Shown: positions 8,389-16,189 of the stretch, piece by piece
Numbering within the stretch: position 1 is the first letter of the stretch
How the letters are laid out: each line of letters starts with the position of its first letter
Assembly (NCBI GenBank): GCA_945889005.1
Contig: CAMDBI010000017.1
Coordinates: 227 to 64,226, forward strand
Direction of reading: 5' to 3'
DNA: 64,000 bases
Origin: Bacteroides fragilis
GTDB lineage: Bacteria; Bacteroidota; Bacteroidia; Bacteroidales; DTGW01
Program-made: the position numbers and the translations under genes
Notes under the pieces: generated by a model
The model's database searches: none
Told to the model about the DNA's origin: nothing
Seen by the model: only the letters and a program-made list of their open reading frames with translations

Positions 8389-8973
8389 ATGAAAACTCAA
8401 GCCTTAAATATTCCTGATAGTAGCGGTCTAACTTTCGAAAAAGTATGGTTAATGTTTCAGGAAACCAAACAAATGTTTCAAGAAAACGAGAAAAAACTTA
8501 CTGAAAAGTTTGCCGATACAGACCAAAAGATAAAGAAACTTTCGGAACTCTAAGGAGGAGTATCAAACAATAGTAAAGATGTTGCTGAAAAGTTTTTTTA
8601 TCGTGGATTGGAAAATCGAAAAGAGCTATTTGGTATCGAATACGAGCATATCGACACCATGAGCCGCCACAGGGGCAACCTACAAGGTCAGTACGATATT
8701 GTGCTATACAATGGCGACAAACTCATTGTTGTTGAAGTAAAATACAAGCTCCACCCCAAAGATGTCGACGATTTTTACAATCGAAAATTACCTACTTTTC
8801 GAAAGCTATATCCCGAATACAACCATCGCAAAGTAATTGGAGCAATGGCTGCATTGGCCATTCCAACCGAGAGCATTGAAAAAGCCTTATCGTACGGCTT
8901 TTTGGTACTCACCCAATCGGGCAACGATTTGTCGGTTATCAATCAAAGCGATTTTCAGTTGCAAGAATACTAA
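8389..8973 (+). pseudogene. PD-(D/E)XK nuclease paralog interrupted by an in-frame TAA
   Basis: Colinear with 7176-7781. Codon TAT (Tyr) of copy 1 is TAA at 8551-8553. The downstream part (8608-8973 in the ORF track) is in the same frame. A 21-bp (7-codon, EETDKKF) repeat unit is missing. Confidence 0.8.
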
Positions 8974-9064
8974 AGTCGCACTGTTCGGCGTAAAAGAGGT
9001 TATTGAGCGACTTGTACAGTCGCCAATATTAGTTTTATAAAAATTAACTGTATATAATATTGAA

Positions 9065-9094
9065 AGCCACTCATGAAATTGGGTGGCTTTTTTT
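9065..9094 (+). terminator. Duplicate of the ilvC terminator hairpin
   Basis: AGCCACTCATGAAATTGGGTGGCTTTTTTT is near-identical to 6124-6152. Confidence 0.6.
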
Positions 9095-9293
9095 GCAGGG
9101 CAAACGCATTAAAAATTTAGCAAATACAAATAAACCCCAACCCCTTGAAAAGGGGCAATAACAGATTTGTGCTTTTACAAACCACAGCTCTGTTAGCCCT
9201 CCTTTTTAAGGAGGGTTGGGAGGTTTTAAATTCTAAAAACATATAAAACATTAAATATAAACAATATGCGATAAATTTTAATGCGTTTGACCT
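9095..9293. mobile_element. MITE-like 199-bp palindromic insertion with terminal inverted repeats and a 10-bp direct duplication
   Basis: Left end AGGGCAAACGCATTAAAAATTTA (9097-9119) pairs with the right end TAAATTTTAATGCGTTTGACCT (9272-9293). It is flanked by GGCTTTTTTT at 9085-9094 and 9294-9303. The paralogous site at 6145-6153 is uninterrupted. Confidence 0.7.
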
Positions 9294-9338
9294 GGCTTTT
9301 TTTGTTTTTAAGTCGAATAAAATGTAACTTTGAAATAT

Positions 9339-9377
9339 GTTATTGATGAACAATATATCAGACAAAGAAAATATTGA
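9339..9377 (+). pseudogene. Deletion scar: last ~12 codons of the DUF5615 toxin gene, with the rest of the TA pair missing
   Basis: GTTATTGATGAACAATATATCAGACAAAGAAAATATTGA aligns to 6739-6777. The upstream leader 9304-9335 aligns to 6153-6184. The 593-bp TA cassette between them is absent. Confidence 0.8.
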
Positions 9378-9382
9378 ATCTT

Positions 9383-9535
9383 ATGCACTGGCACCCCCCC
9401 AAAGAAACAGATCAACCAATCGAAGAAAAAATAGTATGTGAGAAGTGTGGTAATGATACTTTTAGAGTATATTGCCGAATAATTATTGACGAAGCTCGCC
9501 TATTCTGTGCCAAATGTGGCGATCATACTTTGTAA
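9383..9535 (+). CDS. 50-aa zinc-ribbon mini-protein (copy 2), directly upstream of the intact rhomboid gene
   Basis: Same length and frame as 6783-6935. Four nucleotide differences (2 synonymous, 2 replacement: Q4H, D37E). Confidence 0.5.
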   Translation: MHWHPPKETDQPIEEKIVCEKCGNDTFRVYCRIIIDEARLFCAKCGDHTL

Positions 9536-9557
9536 TGGTCAACTATTTGTTTGAATA

Positions 9558-10235
9558 ATGATTGAAGAACAAACCAATACCGACAAAAAACTTTTCAAAC
9601 TAAGTCTATATCTTCCAATATTCTTTTTGTTGACTATTTGGAGTGTAAAGGCTATTGAAATCTTTGCCGATACTTCGTTTTATCGCCTAGGCATTTTCCC
9701 TCGCCAATTACAGGGCATTTTGGGTATTGTTTTTTCACCTCTGATTCATGCCGATTTCAAACATTTGATAAACAATTCTGTCCCATTTGCTGCATTGTCG
9801 GTCGGATTGTTTTACTTTTATCGACAATTGGCATACAAAGTTTTTTTTCTCAATTGGTTTATTGTTGGTATTTGGGTTTGGTGTGGCGCTCGCGAATCAT
9901 ATCATATAGGTGCAAGTGGTTTGGTGTATGGCTTGGCCTCATTTTTGTTTTTAAGTGGCGTGCTGAGGCGTATGACTGGACTTATGGCTGTTTCGCTAAT
10001 CGTAATTTTCCTTTATGGAAGTATGGTTTGGGGAATATTCCCATTTGTACCCGATGTTTCGTGGGAGTCGCATCTGTCGGGCTTAACTTCCGGTCTATTA
10101 CTAGCATACTATTTTAGAAACCAAGAACCACAGCGCAAAAAATACGAATGGGAAACCGAAGAAATGGATGAAGAAGAAATAAACGAAATGCTTGATGAAA
10201 TGAATGAAGGAAAAAATAAAAAGGTAGTTGAGTAG
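9558..10235 (+). CDS. Rhomboid-family intramembrane serine protease
   Basis: 225 aa, polytopic. Catalytic GxSG (HIGASGLVYGL) and the His motif HxxGxxxG (SHLSGLTSG). Confidence 0.85.
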   Translation: MIEEQTNTDKKLFKLSLYLPIFFLLTIWSVKAIEIFADTSFYRLGIFPRQLQGILGIVFSPLIHADFKHLINNSVPFAALSVGLFYFYRQLAYKVFFLNWFIVGIWVWCGARESYHIGASGLVYGLASFLFLSGVLRRMTGLMAVSLIVIFLYGSMVWGIFPFVPDVSWESHLSGLTSGLLLAYYFRNQEPQRKKYEWETEEMDEEEINEMLDEMNEGKNKKVVE

Positions 10236-10297
10236 TCGGGTAGACGAGTAGTTTTCTACTCAGCTACTCAGCTACTCAACTACACAACTACTATTGT
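10236..10297. repeat. Word-repeat spacer (CTACTCAG units) forming a long imperfect hairpin with the 3' end of the rhomboid gene
   Basis: 5' arm GTAGTTGAGTAGTCGGGTAGACGAGTAG (10222-10249), loop TTTT, 3' arm CTACTCAGCTACTCAGCTACTCAACTAC (10254-10281). Confidence 0.75.
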
Positions 10298-10912
10298 ATG
10301 CTCCGCAAAATTTATCCCGAAAACCCCAATTCAAAAGAAATCGAGAAGATTGTTGAAATTCTTCGTTCGGGAGGAGTTATCATATACCCTACTGATACGC
10401 TTTATGGTATTGGATGCGATATTTTTCAGCACAAGTCAATCGAAAGAGTTGCACGGATCAAGGGTGTACGGGTTGAGGATGCTCAATTCTCGATTATATG
10501 CCACGATTTGAGCCACCTTTCGGACTATAGCAAACCCCTCGACAATGCAGTGTTCAAACTTATGAAACGTTGTTTGCCGGGTCCTTTTACTTTTATTTTG
10601 AATGCCAGCAATAAGGTTCCCAAAATATTTATGAGTCGAAAGAAAACCATTGGTATTCGTGTGCCCGACAATAACATTATACTTGAAATAGTTCGCGAAT
10701 TGGGAAATCCCATACTAACAACTTCTGTAAAAGAGTTTGACGATATGATCGAATACACTACCGATCCGGAGCTTATTCACGACAAGTATGAAAATTTGGT
10801 CGATTTGGTAATAGATGGAGGTATTGGCGAGTATGGAATGTCTACAATTATTGACTGTACAGGAAGCAATCCGTTAATTGTACGCGAGGGTTTGGGTACT
10901 GTCGATTTGTAA
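10298..10912 (+). CDS. tsaC: L-threonylcarbamoyladenylate synthase (YrdC/Sua5 family)
   Basis: 204 aa. GGVIIYPTDTLYGIGCD and later motifs are typical of YrdC/TsaC. Confidence 0.85.
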   Translation: MLRKIYPENPNSKEIEKIVEILRSGGVIIYPTDTLYGIGCDIFQHKSIERVARIKGVRVEDAQFSIICHDLSHLSDYSKPLDNAVFKLMKRCLPGPFTFILNASNKVPKIFMSRKKTIGIRVPDNNIILEIVRELGNPILTTSVKEFDDMIEYTTDPELIHDKYENLVDLVIDGGIGEYGMSTIIDCTGSNPLIVREGLGTVDL

Positions 10913-10915
10913 TTT

Positions 10916-13015
10916 CTAAAGAGCCTCAATATAGGCTCCTTGGCGTGCAACACTATAGCATGATATCTGTTTTTCTTTACATTCATTTTCAATTGAATTG
11001 GTTTTATTCCATGTTACCGACGAATCTATTATTATTTTCTTGAAAGTATAATGATTGCTTAGTTTTTGCATATTGCCACGAAACCCATCACTAAGAATTA
11101 TGGCGTCCAGAGCAATCTTTCTTGTATTGTTGATGTTTTTAGCAGGAGTATTATTGAGAAATAAATACTTTTTACCCGAAAAAATTAAAAAAGTGCTTTT
11201 TTGAATGGTATATATGTTTTTAAGCTTTTGGGGTTCGCGTTTGATTCGGTGGTGTATGTAAAACCCTTTACTGTTGAACACGGGAGCTTCTTTCAAAAAT
11301 GAATTGCTTATAAAACAATGCTTGTTGCCATGTACAATATCTATAGCGCTTTGTTTGCTGACTTTGTAAACAAGCAAATATTTTTGTTGGCTACAAATAA
11401 TTGATTTAACGCTGTTTTCTATTGTAAATAGCAATAATATTGCGAGACTTGTAATGAGCAAATAGTATCTCTTATAACAAATATAAGCAAAAAAGAACCC
11501 TATAAAGCCAAAAATCAATATGGTCGATAGTATCGAGAAATCGATATTTTGAAGGCTTGACCCGGGAAGCTGTTCGATAAACTTAAGACTTCCATTCATC
11601 GCTTTTAGTACATACTCAAGAGCCTGAGACCATAAGTTGTTTAAATATTGAATGTTTCCGACAGTTGGGAAGAAAACACCCATATACAGAATAATGGTCG
11701 AGAGGGGTATTACTGCAATATTGGTCAACAAAAAGTAATTGGGAAACTGATGAAAGTAGAGTAGGCATAATGGGAGGGTGCCCAATTGTGCTGCAATTGA
11801 AACTGCTATCAATTGCGAAACCCAATCTACAGCTTTGAATCTAGATATTAGTAAGCCATATATTTTGCTGTAAAACAATAATATACCTAACAATGCCAAA
11901 AACGAAAGCTGAAAACCAACATCGAACAACTGAAAAGGATCGTAAACCAGCAATATGAATGCCGCTAAAGCCAGGCTATTTAAAGTAGAGCTTTTCCTTT
12001 TAAGACTTATTCCAAATTCGACAAACGAAAGCATAGTAGCTGCTCTTAACACCGACGGAGACATTCCTGAAATAACGGCATAGAGCCAAACACCTAAGAT
12101 TATAATAATTACATTTAATATATGATAATACTTTACACGTTTAAAGAATCTTAAAAGACTAACCAACGCCAAATACACGATACCCACATGTAAGCCCGAA
12201 ACCGAGAGTATATGCATAGCACCTGTTGCCGAATAGGTGGTATATATTTCGTCGTTCAATTCGCCGGTGTATCCCCAAACCAACGCCGACAAAACTGCAT
12301 GTTCATTGTTTTCAATTCCGTTTCTCGAGAATTGACCGATAAAGTATTCGCGCAAAGTATACAAGCTATATTTCAGATTTTTCACAGGTTTCGATAATGT
12401 CTTCCAATTGCCCGAGTCTACATGTGCAGTTAGCGATATATGTTTGTAATAAAGGTGCTTTTTGTAATCAAATTCATTTGGATTTTTAAAACCTTCCGGT
12501 ATAGCCAAGTTTGCATGTATCCATACCTTATCTCCGGGTTTTAGAGCATTTACACCTCCACTTTTTTTGAAATAGCATAAGACTTTTTGTTTAGAGTTGT
12601 GCCATTGCGAATCTTTTTTAATACTTAGTGTTTTAACAATTGCTTTGTACGAATTGCTTTTTTCAACTAAGGGTTCGTCAATAACCACAATATATTCGTT
12701 GGCACCAGTAAACATTGCATTGGCATTAGATTGGTGCTGGTTTTTTGATATTAAACACATTCCAAGCGAAATAAATACCAGATACATCGAAACACCAATT
12801 TTGCTATAATGCCGATAATCTTTCAAAAATTGAAATTGCAGAATAAGCAAAAGAAAGAATGCAAAAAACAATATTAAATTTAAGAAAAAGTCGATCGAAA
12901 ATAGAGATTGTAGCGTCATTCCTATAATAAGAGAAAGTACAATTCTGAGAAAAGGTATTTGCTTTAACTCTTCGCTAAAGCCAAAGAGGAGGCGCTCTTT
13001 TGGTTTTTGGCTCAT
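10916..13015 (-). CDS. comEC: ComEC/Rec2-family DNA internalisation channel protein
   Basis: 699 aa. N-terminal OB-like segment followed by a polytopic Competence domain (GAMHILSVSGLHVGIV...). No clear HxHxDH metallo-beta-lactamase motif seen in the C-terminal part. Confidence 0.8.
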   Translation of the reverse strand: MSQKPKERLLFGFSEELKQIPFLRIVLSLIIGMTLQSLFSIDFFLNLILFFAFFLLLILQFQFLKDYRHYSKIGVSMYLVFISLGMCLISKNQHQSNANAMFTGANEYIVVIDEPLVEKSNSYKAIVKTLSIKKDSQWHNSKQKVLCYFKKSGGVNALKPGDKVWIHANLAIPEGFKNPNEFDYKKHLYYKHISLTAHVDSGNWKTLSKPVKNLKYSLYTLREYFIGQFSRNGIENNEHAVLSALVWGYTGELNDEIYTTYSATGAMHILSVSGLHVGIVYLALVSLLRFFKRVKYYHILNVIIIILGVWLYAVISGMSPSVLRAATMLSFVEFGISLKRKSSTLNSLALAAFILLVYDPFQLFDVGFQLSFLALLGILLFYSKIYGLLISRFKAVDWVSQLIAVSIAAQLGTLPLCLLYFHQFPNYFLLTNIAVIPLSTIILYMGVFFPTVGNIQYLNNLWSQALEYVLKAMNGSLKFIEQLPGSSLQNIDFSILSTILIFGFIGFFFAYICYKRYYLLITSLAILLLFTIENSVKSIICSQQKYLLVYKVSKQSAIDIVHGNKHCFISNSFLKEAPVFNSKGFYIHHRIKREPQKLKNIYTIQKSTFLIFSGKKYLFLNNTPAKNINNTRKIALDAIILSDGFRGNMQKLSNHYTFKKIIIDSSVTWNKTNSIENECKEKQISCYSVARQGAYIEAL

Positions 13016-13197
13016 TGTTTAATAGGTTTAAAATATTTGTTAAATTACAAAATTTTTTATTTTAAAACCTAACAATAATGGGAAAAAAACACTATTATAC
13101 GATAAGAATCTTTTTTTAAGTTTTTCGGACAACAGTGAAAAAAAATCGAAAATTAATTGTATTTTTAGTATCGATTTACCAAACCAATAAACTTATT

Positions 13198-14079
13198 ATG
13201 AACCCATTGTTGCATTTTTCGACTTCCGAACGAAGAGGTATTTTAGTCTTAATATTTTTAATAATTATTGCTGTTCTTACACCTTCTGTTTACAATGCAT
13301 TTATAGCGTCCAATGTAGAACCCACCGACACATTATTAATTTCAGAAGTTAAACTGATTCAAAGCACTTTCGAAAAACCCGAAAAGCCAAAGAACTCAGA
13401 AAATTTTATTCGTAAAAAACTTAATTTAAGAGCGTTTGATCCCAACAACGAGCCTTTAGACTCCATGTTAGCAATGGGTATAAATGCTAAAATTGCTAAA
13501 TACATCGATAACTACAGGTCAAAAAAGGGAAGTTTCAGAACAAAAGAAGATTTGAAAAAATTGTATGGTATGAACGATTCAATTTATCGACTTTACGAAG
13601 GTTTTATTATTATTAATAGCACAAAGCCTACCATCAAAGCAGAAAATTCAAATCGCTATTCTACTAAGATTTCAACAAAAGAATTAAAAGTGATTGAAAT
13701 AAATTCTGCAGATAGTTCAAGTTTATTAGATTTAAAAGGTATTGGACCTGTGTTTGCTTCTCGAATTATAAAATATAGAAATAAACTTGGCGGGTTCTAT
13801 TCAAAAGATCAATTAAAAGAAGTCTATGGTTTTGATACCACCATTTTTACTGAACTTTCCAGATTCATTATAATTGATACAACTCAAATTAAAAAACTCG
13901 ATTTGAATCTATCTACTTTCAAAGAATTGAATGCTCATCCCTATTTAGAGTACGATGAAGTGAAATCGATATTTCAATATAAGAATAAGAAAAAATCAAT
14001 GATTACCATATCAGAATTGTTTGAAAATAAAATAATAAGCAAAATAAAAGAAGAGAAAATAAGAATTTACATTAAATAA
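13198..14079 (+). CDS. Helix-hairpin-helix (ComEA-like) DNA-binding membrane protein
   Basis: One N-terminal TM segment and HhH repeats (LLDLKGIGPVFASRIIKYRNKLGGFYSKDQLKEVYGF). ATG at 13198 is preferred over the GTG at 13135 in the ORF track. Confidence 0.6.
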   Translation: MNPLLHFSTSERRGILVLIFLIIIAVLTPSVYNAFIASNVEPTDTLLISEVKLIQSTFEKPEKPKNSENFIRKKLNLRAFDPNNEPLDSMLAMGINAKIAKYIDNYRSKKGSFRTKEDLKKLYGMNDSIYRLYEGFIIINSTKPTIKAENSNRYSTKISTKELKVIEINSADSSSLLDLKGIGPVFASRIIKYRNKLGGFYSKDQLKEVYGFDTTIFTELSRFIIIDTTQIKKLDLNLSTFKELNAHPYLEYDEVKSIFQYKNKKKSMITISELFENKIISKIKEEKIRIYIK

Positions 14080-14189
14080 ATGAGTTGCAAAAGAGAACTT
14101 CATAAATATTTTTTTTTGCAAGTTATATATTTGAAAATCAATTTATAAAAAGCTAATAATTAAAAAAAAGAGTAATCTTATAAAAAATA

Positions 14190-14221
14190 TTTGATTTAGA
14201 TGTTTGATTTTTATAAATTTG
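14190..14221 (+). promoter_or_regulatory. Bacteroidota-type promoter upstream of rpsU
   Basis: TTTG at 14190-14193, 20-nt spacer, TAAATTTG at 14214-14221. Confidence 0.5.
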
Positions 14222-14258
14222 CGGCTCTAATTTTTAAAAGTTTAATCAAAATATTGTT

Positions 14259-14450
14259 ATGATTATAGTACCCGTAAAAGAAGGCGAAAATTTAGAACGT
14301 TCGTTGAAAAAATTTAAAAGAAAATTCGAAAAAACAGGAGTAGTGAAAGAATTGCGTTTTCGTCAGTTTTTCACCAAACCATCTGTAGAACGTCGCCAGC
14401 AAATTATACACGCTGTATATAAAGAACAAATGCTTAGGGATCTCGAATAA
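14259..14450 (+). CDS. rpsU: 30S ribosomal protein S21
   Basis: 63 aa, basic. LERSLKKFKRKFEKTGVVKELRFRQFFTKPSVERR. Confidence 0.93.
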   Translation: MIIVPVKEGENLERSLKKFKRKFEKTGVVKELRFRQFFTKPSVERRQQIIHAVYKEQMLRDLE

Positions 14451-14492
14451 ATTATTTTGAGTTTTTCTATTTTTTGGTAATTCTAATAAAGT

Positions 14493-15377
14493 ATGGATTC
14501 TATACATGATTTTTTGAATTACCTTCAGTATGAGAAGCGATATTCTTCGCATACCGTTGTTTCTTATCAAAACGATTTGACTCAATTTGAAAAATTTTGT
14601 TTAGAATTTAATATAAGCGAGAGTGTAGAATCTGCAAATAGCAAGACTGTTAGAAGCTGGATTTTATATTTAGTAGAAAACAACATTTCGAGCCGATCTG
14701 TAAATCGAAAAATAACAAGCTTAAATTCTTTTTATAAATTTCTCATAAGAGAAGAGAGGATAAAAACAAATCCCCTCGAGAAAGTCAATACCTTGAAAAT
14801 AAAGAAACGATTACCAACATTTGTTGAAGAAAAACAAATGAACGTTCTTTTAGATGATGTTAAATATGAAGAAGGTTTCACTGGCATTCGCAATGCAATG
14901 ATTATTGAAACATTTTATCAAACAGGAATAAGGCTTTCGGAGCTAATAAATTTAAAAGTGTCTGATATCGATACCTATTACAATACCATTAAAGTACTGG
15001 GAAAACGAAATAAAGAACGGATAATACCGATTAGCCCCGAATTTCAAAAAAAAATAATTGAATTTATTGACCTAAGAAAAGAGTCAAACCAAAGTGCAGT
15101 CGATTATCTTTTTACAGGAAATAAAGGAAACAAGCTCAACTCGGTTACAGTTTACCGAATTGTAAAGAAATATTTGTCACTTGTAACTACATCAGACAAA
15201 AAAAGTCCACATGTTTTGAGACATACATTTGCAACACAAATGCTCAACCATGGGGCCGACCTCAATGCTATTAAAGAATTACTTGGACATGCCAATTTGT
15301 CGGCAACCCAAGTATATACTCACAATACATTTGAGAAATTAACCAAGATTTATAAACAAGCCCATCCAAGGGCATAA
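14493..15377 (+). CDS. xerC: Tyrosine site-specific recombinase XerC/XerD family
   Basis: 294 aa. Phage-integrase SAM-like N-terminus, then catalytic HVLRHTFATQML...LLGHANLSATQVYTH. Confidence 0.85.
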   Translation: MDSIHDFLNYLQYEKRYSSHTVVSYQNDLTQFEKFCLEFNISESVESANSKTVRSWILYLVENNISSRSVNRKITSLNSFYKFLIREERIKTNPLEKVNTLKIKKRLPTFVEEKQMNVLLDDVKYEEGFTGIRNAMIIETFYQTGIRLSELINLKVSDIDTYYNTIKVLGKRNKERIIPISPEFQKKIIEFIDLRKESNQSAVDYLFTGNKGNKLNSVTVYRIVKKYLSLVTTSDKKSPHVLRHTFATQMLNHGADLNAIKELLGHANLSATQVYTHNTFEKLTKIYKQAHPRA

Positions 15378-15397
15378 ACCAATAGGAGGACGAGGCC

Positions 15398-15697
15398 ATG
15401 AATATTAAGATTAGTTCGGTACACTTCGATGCAGACAAAAAATTACTTGACTTTATCGAAAGCAAAGTATCAAAAATGAACCAATATTTCGATGGGATAG
15501 TGGGAGCAGAAGTGATCTTGAAAATCGAGAAAATTTCGCAAGAAGAAAATAAATTAGCTGAAATAAAATTGGAAGTTCCAGGAAACGATTTGTTTGCTAA
15601 GAAACAAGCTAAAACATTTGAGGAGTCAATTGACACAACCTTAGATGCTTTGAAAAAACAATTGACAAAACATAAAGAAAAATTAAAAGGTTTGTAA
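15398..15697 (+). CDS. hpf: Ribosome hibernation promoting factor / RaiA (short form)
   Basis: 99 aa. MNIKISSVHFDADKKLLDFIESKVSKM... matches the S30AE/sigma-54 modulation protein pattern. Confidence 0.85.
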   Translation: MNIKISSVHFDADKKLLDFIESKVSKMNQYFDGIVGAEVILKIEKISQEENKLAEIKLEVPGNDLFAKKQAKTFEESIDTTLDALKKQLTKHKEKLKGL

Positions 15698-15712
15698 AAA
15701 TCGCATTTTTTT

Positions 15713-15744
15713 TTTGGTTAGAATGTAAAATATAATTACATTTG
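15713..15744 (+). promoter_or_regulatory. Bacteroidota-type promoter for the tRNA-tuf transcription unit
   Basis: TTTG at 15713-15716, 20-nt spacer, TACATTTG at 15737-15744. Confidence 0.5.
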
Positions 15745-15840
15745 CGTCCTGTTTTTACGGAATGAAAATGTAAAGCTGTAAGGTTCTGAACATTATAAGG
15801 TTTTGGTTTTAAAACTCATTAAAGTTCAGAATATTAAGTC

Positions 15841-15914
15841 GCCGAAATAGCTCAGTTGGTCAGAGCAGCTGATTTGTAATCAGCAGGTCGTGGGTTCGAC
15901 TCCCTCTTTCGGCT
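15841..15914 (+). tRNA. tRNA-Thr (anticodon UGU)
   Basis: Hand-folded cloverleaf. Acceptor GCCGAAA/TTTCGGC, anticodon arm GCTGA-TTTGTAA-TCAGC, T-loop TTCGACT. One U-U mismatch in the T stem. Confidence 0.85.
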
Positions 15915-15995
15915 CAAATAATTGAATATTGTCAATTGAATATTGATTATTAAAATTGAATACTCAATATTCAATAATAAATAGTCAATCAATAG
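15915..15995. repeat. ATTGAAT/ATTGTCA/ATTGATT word-repeat spacer between two tRNA genes
   Basis: AATAATTGAATATTGTCAATTGAATATTGATTATT...ATTGAATACTCAATATTCAATAATAAATAGTCAATCAATA. Contains the local palindrome ATTGAATA/TATTCAAT. Confidence 0.75.
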
Positions 15996-16078
15996 GGGGA
16001 GATACCAGAGTGGCCAAATGGGGCAGACTGTAAATCTGTTGACTGACGTCTTCGGAGGTTCGAATCCTCCTCTCCCCA
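15996..16078 (+). tRNA. tRNA-Tyr (anticodon GUA), long variable arm
   Basis: Acceptor GGGGAGA/TCTCCCC, anticodon loop CTGTAAA, T arm GGAGG-TTCGAAT-CCTCC. Confidence 0.88.
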
Positions 16079-16106
16079 CATAAAATTGACAATTGTTAAT
16101 TATATT

Positions 16107-16179
16107 GCGGAAGTAGCTCAGTTGGTAGAGCATAACCCTTCCAAGGTTAGGGTCGCGGGTTCGAGTCTCGTCTTCCGCT
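16107..16179 (+). tRNA. tRNA-Gly (anticodon UCC)
   Basis: Acceptor GCGGAAG/CTTCCGC, anticodon arm TAACC-CTTCCAA-GGTTA, T-loop TTCGAGT. Confidence 0.9.
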
Positions 16180-16189
16180 CGAAATGAAG

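Noticed and set aside
8608-8973. 121-aa ORF treated as an independent gene, and the 8311-8553 ORF
   Set aside because: Both are in the same frame as, and colinear with, the intact paralog at 7176-7781. The 8608 'start' is a TTG that encodes Leu in the paralog. They are annotated together as one interrupted gene (8389-8973).
9117-9365. 82-aa minus-strand ORF
   Set aside because: It lies entirely within the MITE-like palindromic element and the TA deletion scar. It is a chance ORF.
14493-15377. Tyrosine recombinase as a marker of an integrated mobile element
   Set aside because: It sits in the conserved rpsU-xerC-hpf-tRNA-tuf housekeeping arrangement with no flanking direct repeats or cargo. 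It is more likely a chromosomal Xer-type recombinase.
15852-16133. 93-aa minus-strand ORF (MLYQLSYFRN...) and the similar 17435-17647 ORF
   Set aside because: Both lie antisense to tRNA genes. The MLYQLSY peptide is the familiar translation of the complement of a tRNA acceptor/T-arm. These are not genes.
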